A DNA stretch of 63,848 nucleotides, the filler included, from Salisapilia sapeloensis CBS 127946 (taxonomy: Eukaryota; Protista; Oomycota), in NCBI GenBank assembly GCA_023334545.1. It is 10 parts of 10 records of this genome, joined end to end, with 100 filler letters (N's around TTAATTAATTAA, not from the genome) between each part and the next. Parts side by side here need not be neighbours in the genome. Positions count along the whole stretch, not along the records: positions 17,040 to 27,800 come from JAADVB010000442.1; positions 27,901 to 49,315 come from JAADVB010000285.1; 8 more parts are not named here. One strand, given 5' to 3'. The notes beneath the pieces were generated by a model that saw only the letters and a list, made by a program, of their open reading frames with translations, was not told where the DNA came from and searched no databases. Numbering within the stretch: the stretch's first letter is position 1; each line of letters starts with the position of its first letter. Both the position numbers and the translations under genes were made by a program. This document shows, piece after piece, positions 22,255 to 34,200 of this stretch.

Positions 22255-25200
22255 ATGGAACACGAGCTCCAAGTCGAAACGGTGTATGTGGACTATTACA
22301 TGACTGCTCCATTGCCACGTGGGTCCTTGGATGGCTTGCCAGAGTCACCTTACTATGCGATGGCACGACAAGTACCTGTTATTCGCGTCTTTGGTGCGAC
22401 TCCTGCTGGCCAAAAGACACTTGTGCATGTGCATGGCGTAGGATACTTTTATTAAATTGTATAGAAACCTTCCATTGATGAAATGACTAGGTGCTTCCGT
22501 ACTTTTACTTTCGAGCAAGTGATGAAGATGATCAGGCGTTTAATGATCCGAAAGAATTGAAAAGACTGTTGCCATCGATTGCCATGCAGTTGGAACAGCA
22601 GATGAAGGACAAGAGCACGAGCGATCGGAGTCCGGATAGGTACATTGCCAAACTCTTGGTCGTCCAAGCGACTCCTTTCTATGGCTATACGCCACAGTCG
22701 AAACTATTCGTCCAAATCTTTGTATATAATCCGATTGGCATCGCATCCATCGTACAGCTATTGGAGAGCGAATCCATTGTTAACCGCAAGTTTCGAGCAT
22801 ACGAAGCTCATGTTCCGTATCTGTCACAGGTACACTCTTTCTTGTATCTATACTGGACCTAAAATAGTAATTAAATTGCTTTGTAGATGTATGCCGACTA
22901 TAACATCGAAGGCATGAATGCCCTTCGTCTGCAAAACTACCGAGTACGGAAACCATCTCTTCTGTCGTTAGAACCAGATGAAAACTTTCACGTCACCTCC
23001 CGTTACGTTCCTCCACCAGCGTTCAGAAAGAATTGTTTCGATCGTCAATCTTCCTGTGCTGTCGAAGTAGATGTAGCAGCATCCCACATCCAAAATATCT
23101 ACACAAACACTTTAGTAAGTCAGGATACAAATACATTAACGTACGTTCCATCCTTGGCTGCAATTTGGGAGGAAGAGCGCGTACGACGTGTTAAACGCGG
23201 CCTTCCTAGCAGTCCAGACCTGCCTTCGTCCATGTCACGAGACGAGGCAAATGGCTCAACGCCACAAGAACGATCTCAGTTCCTATCCCAATCTCATTTT
23301 CAGGATAAGATGAGACTATCGTTCCAGAAGGTTGTGAAAGAGATGAAAGGTCAGGCACAAGGCACTCTTCCAGCCACGAGCGATACAGTAGAGAATGTAG
23401 CGTTAGCGAATGCCATCCACCCTACGGACACGAAGGAAACAAATGTGATGGACACACAGTCATTCTCCTATAGTCAGTACGATGAAGATGCACAGGACGA
23501 AGTATATAACATACAGACGCGACATGCACAGGAAGATGAAGAGATTATTAAGATCATACAAGAGATGCATCAAGTAGAAGCATCTCAATCATCTGCAGAG
23601 AGTGACGCTGAGAATGCATCTATCGAAGACACGAGTGCAATCGAAGATTATGATTCAAGTTCAGCTGAAGAAAAGGAACAGAGTCAAGTGGAGGAAGAGA
23701 AGGAGATGAACGGCATTCTACAGTCTCAACGAGAGAATGAGACTGCTGCTAGTAGAGAAGAAGTAGAGAAGGAAGATACTACCTTCTTTGTTTCTCAGCG
23801 ATGGTGGGAGACACCTGAGAAGCTTCCCAAGATAAAGAAGCGGCAGTTGACCCCGACAAAACGACGTAGTCCGAACAAGAGACGCAGGGCAAGCCAACCA
23901 ACGGTACAATCCACTGAGAGTCTCGTTATCGTTATAAAAAGTAACACAGTGTCAATGTGGAGTAGACACCGAGTGTAGTGGACGTAGAGGATATTCTGTC
24001 TCCTCCTCCTTCTGCACGTACACCCTCCCGACTCTCAATGAGCAGTCAACAGACTGGACTTTTCGTTGCTTCTCAACCAACTGCCTCATCTACACTAACA
24101 TCAAGACCTGTAGCACTTTTCAAGTCTACCCAAAAGGTATATAGATATGACGTCCCACCTCCCTCTTATCAAGAGCTCTTGCAGTCGTCATCCAAGCTCG
24201 GCATAACCCCCATGAAGGTATATTATCCAACTATCATTTAGGATACGCATGATACGATTAAGATCTCTTGTATAGTATCCACATGCGCATTATAGCAAAG
24301 CATCGGATGCTCCTGAGAAAGATCCATCGTATGGAGGCATCAAGTTCTCTGTTGGTCCGAAGCGATTGCGACCATTTGATACGAGTGAACTTCGTTGCTT
24401 GATGCAAACACCAGTGACAGAGCATTCACAAATAGAGGAAGTAGACATAGATAAAACATATTCCATGGCAGAAGTAAAAATGAATGTACGTACGAAAGAG
24501 ATGAACGGTGGGAAAGTAAATAAAGTCCGAACGCCTGCTCGACTACCACCATCACGTACGGATGTCATGAAATGGGTAAGTACTGAAAAGCAGAAAGAGA
24601 ACAAACCAAGTCGTGAAGTGTCAAATGAGACGAATGGAAACACTGGTACCGTGTCATCTTCAAACAATACGCCAACGTCCGACTCGACCATCACGTCCAA
24701 TCTCACGCTTATATCGTTCGAATGCTTTGCAACGTCTCGAGAAGACTTTCTTCCTAATCCACAAGTAGACCCGCTTGTCTTTGTTTGCTACGCAGTCGAA
24801 GCACAGGAAGGTTTAACCGCTGCCAAGACGAAACAACAGGGGATTATTATAGTTCGAGATAGTGATACGGATGCGATGGACACAGATACAGACGAACAGG
24901 CAAATGCTAAAGTGAGGCATGAGGTCGTCGAGAGTGAAACAGCTTTATTAAGGAAAGTAGAAGAGTGTGTACGCGAGTGGGACCCAGACTTTTTTGTTGG
25001 TTTCGAAGTACAAACCGGATCCATTGGATACCTTGTCGATCGTGCTGCTCATCTCGAGGTACGTTCATCCTTGTATCGAATTGGATGAGAATAGCTAGAC
25101 TAATGGTAACTTGAATGTGATGGCAGATGAACTTTATCCAGTCGCTTTCTCGACTACCATACGTGCCCATGGACCCTCGGAACGTCACGTTAAATAGCAC

Positions 25201-27565
25201 AACGGGGGAGAGCGCAAACGAAAAGGACAAACAGTTGTCTATCGGAACGACGTGGGGTATGCGTAAAACTGCTGGCCTCTGGATACACGGCCGTCATATC
25301 CTAAATCTATGGCGAATGGCACGCTCAGAGGTTGTCTACTTGCTTACTATAGACAGTCGTAATATGCGTATTAACCTACTGCTACCTACAGTTAAAACTG
25401 GCAAGATATCCGTTTGAGATTGTCGTCAAGGAAGTTATGGGCATCGAGTTTCCAGTCTACTCCAGTCAGACACTGACAACGTGGTACCATGCTCGAGACC
25501 TAACTCGATGGAAGACGATTCGACATATACTACGTAAAGCTCGCATGAATCTGCGACTCTTAAAGAAGATGGAACTCATCACACGAACAAGGTACCACCT
25601 CAACTAATAGACATTCATACTCATCCTATTTACCTCCTTGGTATGCAAAGTCAAATGGCGAGACTCTTTGGCATGGACTTTTACTCCGTGCTTTCGCGAG
25701 GTTCCCAATTTCGTGTTGAAAGTGTTTTACTTCGTGTCACAAAGCGTTTGAACTACCTTCTCTTGTCTCCATCTCGTCAACAAGTTGCTTCTCAAGCTCC
25801 GATGGAATGCATTCCACTCGTCATGGAGCCACACTCGGGTTTCTACTCAGATCCCGTCCTTGTCCTAGATTTCCAATCTCTCTATCCGTCACTTGTCATT
25901 GCATATAACCTCTGCTACTCGACGTTTCTTGGTCGACTCGAGAATGGATTGGATGAAAAGTTGGAATCTCATCTTGGTGTGCTCGATTCCTTCTCTCCAT
26001 CTATCGAGGGATTGTGTAAGAACCAAGACCAAGCTAATCTCAGTGGCAATGGTGGTATCTTCACTAGCAACGAATATCGCAGAGGTGTCGTCCCTGTGGT
26101 TTTACATGAAATTCTCAAAACGCGGATTATGGTCAAGGAAGCACTGAAGCAAGCGAAAGCTCGAGGTGAAAAGAAGCTTGAAAAAGTTCTCAATGCGAGG
26201 CAATTGGCGCTTAAGATGATTGCCAATGTGACGTACGGATACACTGCGGCAGGGTTCTCTGGACGCATGCCATGTGCACAACTGGCAGATGCTATTGTCC
26301 AAGTATGTCTTTCATCTTATTCCTGTCATCTCGCTTGCTCACCTTCTTTCCTTACCATGTAGACTGGTCGAAATACGTTAGAAGCTGCTGTTCGGATGGT
26401 CGAGTCGAATGCCGACTGGAATGCGCGTGTCGTATATGGAGATACAGATAGTATCTTTGTACAACTACCTGGTCGTTCGAAGGAAGAAGCATTTCGAATT
26501 GGAGCAGAGATAGCAGATAGTGTGACGGAAGCTAATCCAGCTCCTGTGAAGCTGCAGTTGGAGAAAGTATATATGGGATGTGTACTCGTATCGAAGAAGA
26601 GATATGCTGGTAGAAAATTTGAAAAGCCGACTGGTACGGGGGAAGTTGAAAGCAAAGGACTGGAAATTGTGCGTCGAGATTCTTGTGGTGTCGTCCAAAC
26701 ATCCATGCATCGTAGTCTAAGTATACTCTTTGCCACGAGTGATCTATCACAAGTCAAACGATCGCTACAAACGTTTTGGAAGAAGGTATTACGAGGAGAG
26801 GTTGCATTGAAAGAATTTGTTTTCGCAAAAGAAGTACGTTTGGGCACATATACCGAAGGAAGAGAGCCGCCAGCAGCTATTGTGAGTCTTAAACAGATGA
26901 AGAAAGATGCAAGAAGAGAGCCTCGATGGGCTGAACGTGTGCCATACGTTGTGGTGAACGGACCGCCGGGTGCAAGACTGATGGATCTTGTTGTATCGCC
27001 GCATGAGTTAGACGAACGAAGCATGAACAATAGGAAGAAGAAGCTGACGCTAAATTACCAGTACTACATTCACAAGCAGATCATTCCAGCGCTGGAACGG
27101 GAATTTGCCATCCTCGGAGCGGATGTAGCTAAGTGGTATCGAGAAATCCCTCGACCAAGTACGAAAGCACTTGGGAGGTTACCAGCTCCAGATACATCAC
27201 TGCATCCAACAAGCGCCTACTCGAAATATGCAGCTTCCTCGACCATTGATGATTACTACAGTAGCAAGCACTGCGTTGTGTGTGGTAAATTAGGAACGAT
27301 GACAGCCTGTAAAGATTGCTTGGAGCATCCACAGCGTAGTATCTTGGCATTATGTCGCATGACAAGTCGGAGGGAGATGCAGTTGGAGCAATGGCGAAAA
27401 GTTTGCTGGAGATGCGATGACCGAATGGCATTTAAAAGCTGTATGAACGTCTCTTGTCAGGTCTGGAATAACGCGAAGTTGGCAAGAGAGTCGAACGACA
27501 GGATCAAAGATGAGCTAGATACCACGCTATCAAAGATCGACCAAAGAAGCTCTGTTCAAGATTAA
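22255..27565 (+). CDS. REV3: DNA polymerase zeta catalytic subunit, about 9 exons
   Basis: N-terminus VPVIRVFGATPAGQKTLVHVHG; family B motifs VLVLDFQSLYPS, RQLALKMIANVTYGYTAAGFSGRMPC and VVYGDTDSIFV; C-terminal CxxC metal-binding clusters. Confidence 0.97.
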
Positions 27566-27600
27566 CATTCAAGACGACGCTATGATTACATTCTATACGA

Positions 27601-27747
27601 CTAATACACATCCACTTCATCTACGACTATTTTTATCGTCTTCCAGGTAGTCACTTCATGTTTGCTTATGAGATTAGTGCCACTGGCAACTCCAACTGCA
27701 AAACCGCCAACGATGGCAAGGGTCGAGAGACCCTTCAACACTGCCAT
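27601..27747 (-). CDS. Possible 48-aa small membrane protein (below the ORF-track cut-off)
   Basis: ATG 27747 to TAG 27601 gives MAVLKGLSTLAIVGGFAVGVASGTNLISKHEVTTWKTIKIVVDEVDVY, with one Gly-rich hydrophobic helix. It could instead be an internal exon of a gene cut at 27800. Confidence 0.4.
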   Translation of the reverse strand: MAVLKGLSTLAIVGGFAVGVASGTNLISKHEVTTWKTIKIVVDEVDVY

Positions 27748-27900
27748 AGCCTTACCTGCTTCTCATTCCTAGTCTTCTAATTGGCTTCCAGAACGCAAGA
27801 NNNNNNNNNNNNNNNNNNNNNNNNNNNNNNNNNNNNNNNNNNNNTTAATTAATTAANNNNNNNNNNNNNNNNNNNNNNNNNNNNNNNNNNNNNNNNNNNN

Positions 27901-28080
27901 CACCTTAAAAGAGAAAACATCTAAAAATAAACTCACGGACTTCCACATCAAAGGTTACAGATTCAAACGTTGGTATTTCAAGACTTGTCCAAACCAGAAC
28001 ACCCAAAGTGATCCCTTCATGGTCATCATTATTTCAAGTAGGCATTCCTTGCCAAACTAGCAAAACTACTGCTGGCTAGC
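27901..28080. repeat. Left copy of the inverted repeat bounding contig 27901-49315
   Basis: 27901-28041 is the exact reverse complement of 49175-49315 (141 bp). Similarity continues to 28080/49136 with only 2 mismatches. Confidence 0.95.
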
Positions 28081-28386
28081 CTTGTCAAACGATCCCAAAC
28101 CAAACGAGTACGAGGATAAAAACTATGATACTGAACTTTGCTAGCAGACATCCTGTGCCTCTGCCTTCACAGCGACTACATCACCTATATGAAGCTTCTA
28201 GGGCATTATAGTTAAGAACGATACGATGCCTTCTTCACACCACTAATAATACAGGAGTAACAAAATGAACAAGACAAATTGATTTGGGAAGTCCATGGGG
28301 AAGCATCATGTTTATTCCTTCGCATTGTTGGTGTCCACATCCTCGAACGTGACTCCAGATTGTGTAAAGCAGCTTTTTCAAGCAAC

Positions 28387-29308
28387 TTACACCTTGAAGC
28401 CACGGCTCTTTCGGCGACCACGGGCACGCTCGAACTTGCGGCCGTTGGCACGAACGTACGGCTTGACGTGGTCGTGCGTGTGGACGGACTCGAGCGTGGA
28501 GGCGTGACCGAAGTGGCGGTACACCTCACGAGCCTTACGCGGTCCACGGAGGAGGACCGTGTTCTGACCCTTGGGGGCACGGAGAGCCAACTGGTCGAAG
28601 CTCAGGCATTCACCGCCAGCAGCCGTGATACGAGCACGGGCGGACTCGGTGAAGTGGAGAGCGGCGACACGGAGGTTCGGGACGTCGAAGAGACGAATGT
28701 CGTCCGTGACGGTGCCGACAAGGACAGCCGTCTTTTCCTCCTTGTTGCGCATGAAGCGAGCAATGCGGGCAATGGACATCGGAGCCTGGTTGGTGCGGCT
28801 CTGATACAGACGCTTCAGCACAATCGAGTTGAACTTGGCGTCCGTACGGCGCGAGAGGAAGCGGTAGAGCTATAGATAGGATAAGAATAAGTGCTATAGT
28901 GTTGTATGAAGAAAAGAGAGACGTACGCGGACGAGGAGGTCCAAGTAGACGTTGTCCGACTTGGGTCCCCTGCGGACCTTCCTCGGGTTACCATTTCCGT
29001 TATGCGGATTATCAATTCCCTAAGGGAGTCAAATGGAAAAACCGAATAGAAGTTAAGCAGTTGCGATCAAAAGATAATATTCCATCATGGGCTCAAACGG
29101 CCCGCCTCTTTACGAGGGGAATGGTCCATACGACCAGCAAGCGGGCGAAAGCCCACGAGCTAGTCCAGGAACTAAAAACAGCCAAAGGCAGGAAGCATAA
29201 AGTATGCTTGATGCTTGTCACGTTCGTTGTTGGTCCTCATGCTGATGCCCACGTGGGTGGGCGAGCCATTAGGAGCCCATAATGGACGAAATAAGAGGCA
29301 CGCACCAT
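28387..29308 (-). CDS. RPL18: 60S ribosomal protein eL18; exons 29308-29306 (ATG only), 29019-28927, 28869-28387; 192 aa
   Basis: M|GID...[13 protein letters not shown]|[30 protein letters not shown]...[13 protein letters not shown]...[25 protein letters not shown], with canonical GT-AG introns of 286 and 57 nt. Confidence 0.97.
29081..29286 (-). ncRNA. Candidate structured RNA element in RPL18 intron 1 (class unknown)
   Basis: A 25-bp closing stem (29286-29260 with 29106-29081; 14+11 bp, three G-U pairs valid only on the sense strand) encloses several hairpins, e.g. AAGCAUA-CUU-UAUGCUU, GUGGGC-UUUC-GCCCGC and UGGUC-GUAUG-GACCA. Confidence 0.7.
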
Positions 29309-29387
29309 GCTTTCCCGGTGTCGAAGAGAAGACTGACCTTGGATGGGCTGGTGGCGCTGCTTTCAGACGTCGGAGAGCCAACGGTAT

Positions 29388-29401
29388 TTTTGTCCAATCA
29401 G
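29388..29401 (-). promoter_or_regulatory. CCAAT-box-like motif in the divergent RPL18/sulfotransferase promoter
   Basis: The minus strand reads CTGATTGGACAAAA, about 80 nt upstream of the RPL18 ATG. Confidence 0.5.
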
Positions 29402-29578
29402 CGATTTTAGTAGTGAAAATCTTCGAGTAAGTACGATCTTACTGAACACGAATTTGCAATTCTAGCAAAGACACGCATTGGCCGTGTTATTGGTCGATAA
29501 GCTACCTCCTACTTGTCTGTTTACAAGCAAAAGTAGTGGTAATCTGGCATTTTCTATCTTAGGGCATTGGCGGACAAG

Positions 29579-31226
29579 ATGACACCTTCTTTAGGGAATG
29601 ATTACATTTCATTGGCGTATGTGTATTGGATGGAGTATGCTCTAAACTTTATTCTGACTTGAATGACTTTGTAGACAGAAGCAAGTACCATTGGCAGAGT
29701 TGGATGCATCCATTACGAGTCAATATGATATTGCAGTGGAGCGACAGCAGAATATTGATATCAGTGGGTTGAAGGAACGGATTGAGAACGAAGGACCGAC
29801 GATGTGGGATCCGGCGTATCAGAAGGGGAATGTACCAATTCGTCGTGCTGGACACGACAAGTGGGGCATTGGTAAAGCAGTCTTTATCTTCTCCGATGAC
29901 TATATCGACAACGTCTACATTTTCCCTTGGTTCCACACGTGGAAGAAAGAGCTCGAGGCTATTTTCGACCAAGTTCAGATCCCGGTCGATCGTGTTATTC
30001 GCTGTATACTAGCGAAGATGCCTCCGGACTCAGATATTCCTACTCATCACGACACAGGTGCTTGGGTGAGTAAATCCCACCGCATGCATATTCCGATTCG
30101 CACCGATCCGTCGATTGAATTTAAAGTCGGTGTGAACGAAGAAAAGATGAAGCCATTTGAGTTTAAGGAGGGAAATCTATACGAATTGAACAACGCTTGC
30201 AAGCACAGCGTCCATAACTACTGGGATAAGGACCGCGTGCACCTCATTTTCGACTTTGTCGAAGAAGACTTTCCGCTCAATAAAGTGGAGCTCACACCTG
30301 ACATGCAAGTGCACCAAACAAGACGCACGTTGGATCTATCCACCGACTATGGTAAGCGCATTCCTCCATCTTTTCTCCTCATCGGGGCGCAGAAAGCAGG
30401 AACGACATCCTTGTATGATTATATTACACAGCACGACATCGTTGCCCCTGCTAAACGCAAAGAGACGCACTACTTTGACTGGCGATGGAACTTTTCGTTA
30501 CCGTCTAGTGATACGGAGGAAGGAGCAAAAGCTCATCTGGACTACTACCACAACTTTTTTGAAAAAGAGATTTTATACAAGTGTCCTTCCGTACTATCGG
30601 GAGAAGCTACACCAAGCTACTTGCTCGGTGGATCTGTCGTGATTCAACGTGTCAAGAATGTGTTGACGCACAAACCCAAAATTCTGGTCATCTTGCGCAA
30701 CCCGGTCGATCGTGCGTACTCGCACTATTCCATGACAGCAGACGAGAAAGGAACGCCAGCCCAGCTAAAAAACCGTGGACATGATCAGCTTAACGGACGG
30801 TCCTTTGAACAGGTTGTGGACGAGGAAATCGATATGTTGAAGAAGAAGGGAACCCATCCAGACATGGCTTTTGATAATTTCGACTCTAAGATTCTGGAGG
30901 AAGCCGCAAAGCTAAAGCATGGTGGCCATTCCTTTGTAACGCGAGGGTTATATGCGCTCCAATTAGCTGGCTGGATCCAGGCGTTTGGAAAAGAGAATGT
31001 TATGGTGCTTTCGATGGACGACATTAAGGGAGACAGTCTCCAGCGTACGATGAATGACGTATTCGTCTTCCTTGGAATCCCTTCGCAACGTATATCGGAT
31101 GGCTCGGCGAAAAACACGAGACAGTACGAGCCAGTGCATGATGCTGTGAGACAAAAGCTACGTGCATTCTACGCCCCGTACAACGAAAAACTGTACGAAC
31201 TTGTCGGTAGAAACTTTAATTGGTAA
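29579..31226 (+). CDS. Fusion of an Asp/Asn beta-hydroxylase-like 2OG-Fe(II) dioxygenase with a PAPS-dependent sulfotransferase (HS3ST-like fold); intron 29617-29674
   Basis: N-domain has HxD (PTHHDTG), distal His (KHSVHN) and Arg (DRVHLIFDF). C-domain has 5'-PSB (IGAQKAGTTSL), KETHYFD and 3'-PB (LRNPVDRAYS). No signal peptide or TM anchor is visible. Confidence 0.85.
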
Positions 31227-31294
31227 TGCAACCAGTCTACTGTCTTTGCGCATAATTATTTACTTGCTGGAGCTCAAGATATCGATACATCACG

Positions 31295-34200
31295 TTACGC
31301 CTGTAAATTTTGCCGCTGCTTTCGTCGAGTAGACTGCATATGCCGCTGGAACTTGCACGTATATGTAGCTTCCTCAACATCCTGTTGACTTTTACTATCA
31401 GAGGTACAGCTACCCGCCCTTGCTTCATTTTTGATGATGTACTTATCATCGTTACAAGTCATCAAGACCCCTGCAGCGCGCATCGCTGCTACTTTGTCCG
31501 TCTTGCTCGTTGATTGTGATATCTGAGTAGAGAGAACATGGACTGGATGCTTTGTTGCTGTCAATACATCTTCATATGCACCACGAGCGAGTCCAATGGT
31601 TTTTACCTGTCTCCGTTCGACAAGCGGCATTCCTGGGGCTGTCGAGAGTGTCGTCTTGACAATATACACTGTCCAGGAAGGTTGCATGAACGTCTGCAAC
31701 ACACATGCCAAAGCCGGTTTCGTTTGGAACCTGTTCTCTGTTCCATTTTGGGTTTTACTTGAAGAGAGTCGATGACTTTGACTTGTAAAGCTACCCGGAG
31801 CGTTCACTGCATTTGTCCCGTTGCAAGTTTGACCAGCTTGGATTTTAAAAGACCCTACGCTTTCAACAAATCGATTCGACAAACTGGAGGAGTCTTGTAG
31901 CGAGTTTCCGTCCAAATCTGAAGCGCTTGGTAGATGCAAGGACACTTTTTCACATTGGTAGCGTACTTCATGCAACTCTTCATCAGTTTGATCGAGAATC
32001 GAAAGGAGGCTTGGTACAAGTAGACTATCAGCATCAGTTTCAATTTGACTTCCTTCACCCACGAGTCGATGTAGTGTCGAAGCAGAGATTCGCTGGAGCA
32101 GAGTCGCCTCTGATATGTTCGAATGGACTTGCCCATATTGATACATTTTCAACAGCATATCGATCGCACCCAAGTCAATGAGCTCTTGCTTGAAGTATGG
32201 AGCTGTAGATAAATTATCCAGTGCGGCACTGGTATCTAATAATGCTCCGAGACAATCTTCCAAGTTACTAGTCGGTATATTACCGCTACAAATACTGAAA
32301 ACCTCACTTCGGAGATGGCGGACACCGTACAACAAATGCTTTTGGGTCAGTCGACTAATCCTTTCATTAATGCTGTGTACGCCACTATCAAAGTTGTTTT
32401 TCGATGACAATTCTTGTATTGCATTTTTGCTCGGTATTTGGCCGCTTTGTGATTCTGGCGATCCATAAGATGATATCTTATGCGAGGACAGATAAGTTGT
32501 TGTTGTTGAATCTTTCTCACCAGAGGCGCTTTCGTATTCATCGTATAGAACCAATTGCTCTGTAACCGCCAGGGACAGGTTTCGAACGAGCTCCGCGCCA
32601 CATCTTCTTAGCGAAAAAAAACTCTTGCCGTAATCTGAAGTGCAAATTGACATGACAATATCGACAATCTGACTTTCTACCAAAGTCTTGTGAATATGCT
32701 GGTACATGGACATTTGGACTAAGACCTGTACTACTTTTACCGCTAACAATGCGCTTTTCGGATGTTTGCTTCGCATGTGGCCACATAGGCTAACTAGTCG
32801 TTGCTTTAACAACGAATCAGCACACTTGTACTTCTTTGCAAGTACATTGACAACATCTGCAATATAGATGCATGCCTTCTCATCGTTTCCAATGGAACGG
32901 TGCTCGACTAGAACGAGTAATCTCAAGACTATGTTCTCGTTCACTATCATCTCGGCGAGGGTGTCGTCGATAGCCAAGTTTTCGAGACATCGAAAGATTG
33001 CCAAATATGTCTCTTTTCCTAGGCCAGTATTCTGTGTGCCTTCTGACTCAGATACAAGTGAATCAAATAGTTCAGGTACTGCTTGCGGTATTTTGAATTC
33101 AGCAAATAAATGATGCGAGTCATAGATCCTGGAGCAGTTCGCTAGTGCTTGGACCGCAAAGTGTCTTACCACAGCATTGGCATCTTCCGTTAAAGTCGAC
33201 AGTAGTTGCAATGTCTTCCTTTCACACAGTATTTCCACCCATGGCTGCCGACAGCTAAGATTTTGCAATGCAATCGCGGCTGCCGCACGAGTTTCCGATT
33301 CATCGTCAACATACATTCGAATAGCATCCGTAACGAACGTATTCATGAGTTCCTTGTGGTTTTCCTCGTATGCTGACAAATTGCAAATAATCCCAAGGGC
33401 ATAGCGACGACTAGCAAACGAAATTTCCATGTCAAAATCATGGTTAAAATCGTTGAGTTCAGATGAATATGTATCCAGTAAAAGTGAAGTAGACTCACTC
33501 GTTGAGCCTTCTTGGCTCCTAGAATTTGAGGATACGGCTGACAATAAGTATGTAATAATTCCTTTGCCAAGTAGATGGGACTGATAGTTTCGATCACAGG
33601 AAACGTTGAATAGTGCCTGCAATGCTACATGAAATATCTCTTCTGCTGACTTATGAAGAAGACAAGCTTGAGTGCTGGTATGGCACCGACATACACTTGT
33701 ATCAACCCCAGCTTCCGAGTTGCCTTTCACACTAGTCTTGGAATGCGCACTTGCTGATCTCTCTGTAGCGACTTCGGACCGAAGTGCCTTTAGTTGGGAT
33801 ATTTTCATTAACGCGTAGAGAACACCATCCTTGACAGCACTTGCTCGTGTCTCTTGGTTGCATAATAAATTAGAAAACGTTTTCGCGTGAATTTGCTTTG
33901 CTTGTATCGAGTTTGCACGTAGCAGTGCTATGACAACGAAGTCTTTGAGTTCATTTGATGTCCATATACATTTCTCACTCGCTGCATTACAAGCAGCAAT
34001 TGCAGCGTACTGCTGACACTCGACTTGACCGTTTCTACCAAGCCGGTTCAACGCTTTGGCGAGCTGACCGCAATTGACGAGCTCTTTTCGCCCAAGTGGT
34101 GTGAGGCTAATCATCGCAAATGCGGATGAGCAAGCGAGCAAAGATTGTGGTTCCTCGCTGGAATTGCAGCAATTGATCAATGCCTCTATAATACGCTTGT

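Noticed and set aside
28279-28875. Long antisense ORFs over RPL18 and other GC3-rich genes (also 50939-51760, 57998-58462, 58478-59191, 42160-42822)
   Set aside because: These are expected shadows of strong codon bias on the opposite strand; their translations show no domain-like features.
29077-29085. ATATTCCAT resembling the U17/snR30 m1 motif; the intron was also tested against TPP riboswitch, C/D and H/ACA snoRNA, U3, SRP, RNase MRP and hammerhead patterns
   Set aside because: The motif is antisense to the host gene and lacks a matching m2/ACA. None of the other families' core motifs (CUGAGA/ACCUG, CUGA D box, CUGAUGA...GAAA on one strand) is present on the sense strand.
29230-29236. Sense-strand GGACCAA in the intron also occurs, as I recall it, in a conserved LSU rRNA segment (ACACGGACCAAGGAG), hinting at rRNA mimicry
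   Set aside because: A 7-nt match is not significant, and the organism's rRNA is not in this window for comparison.
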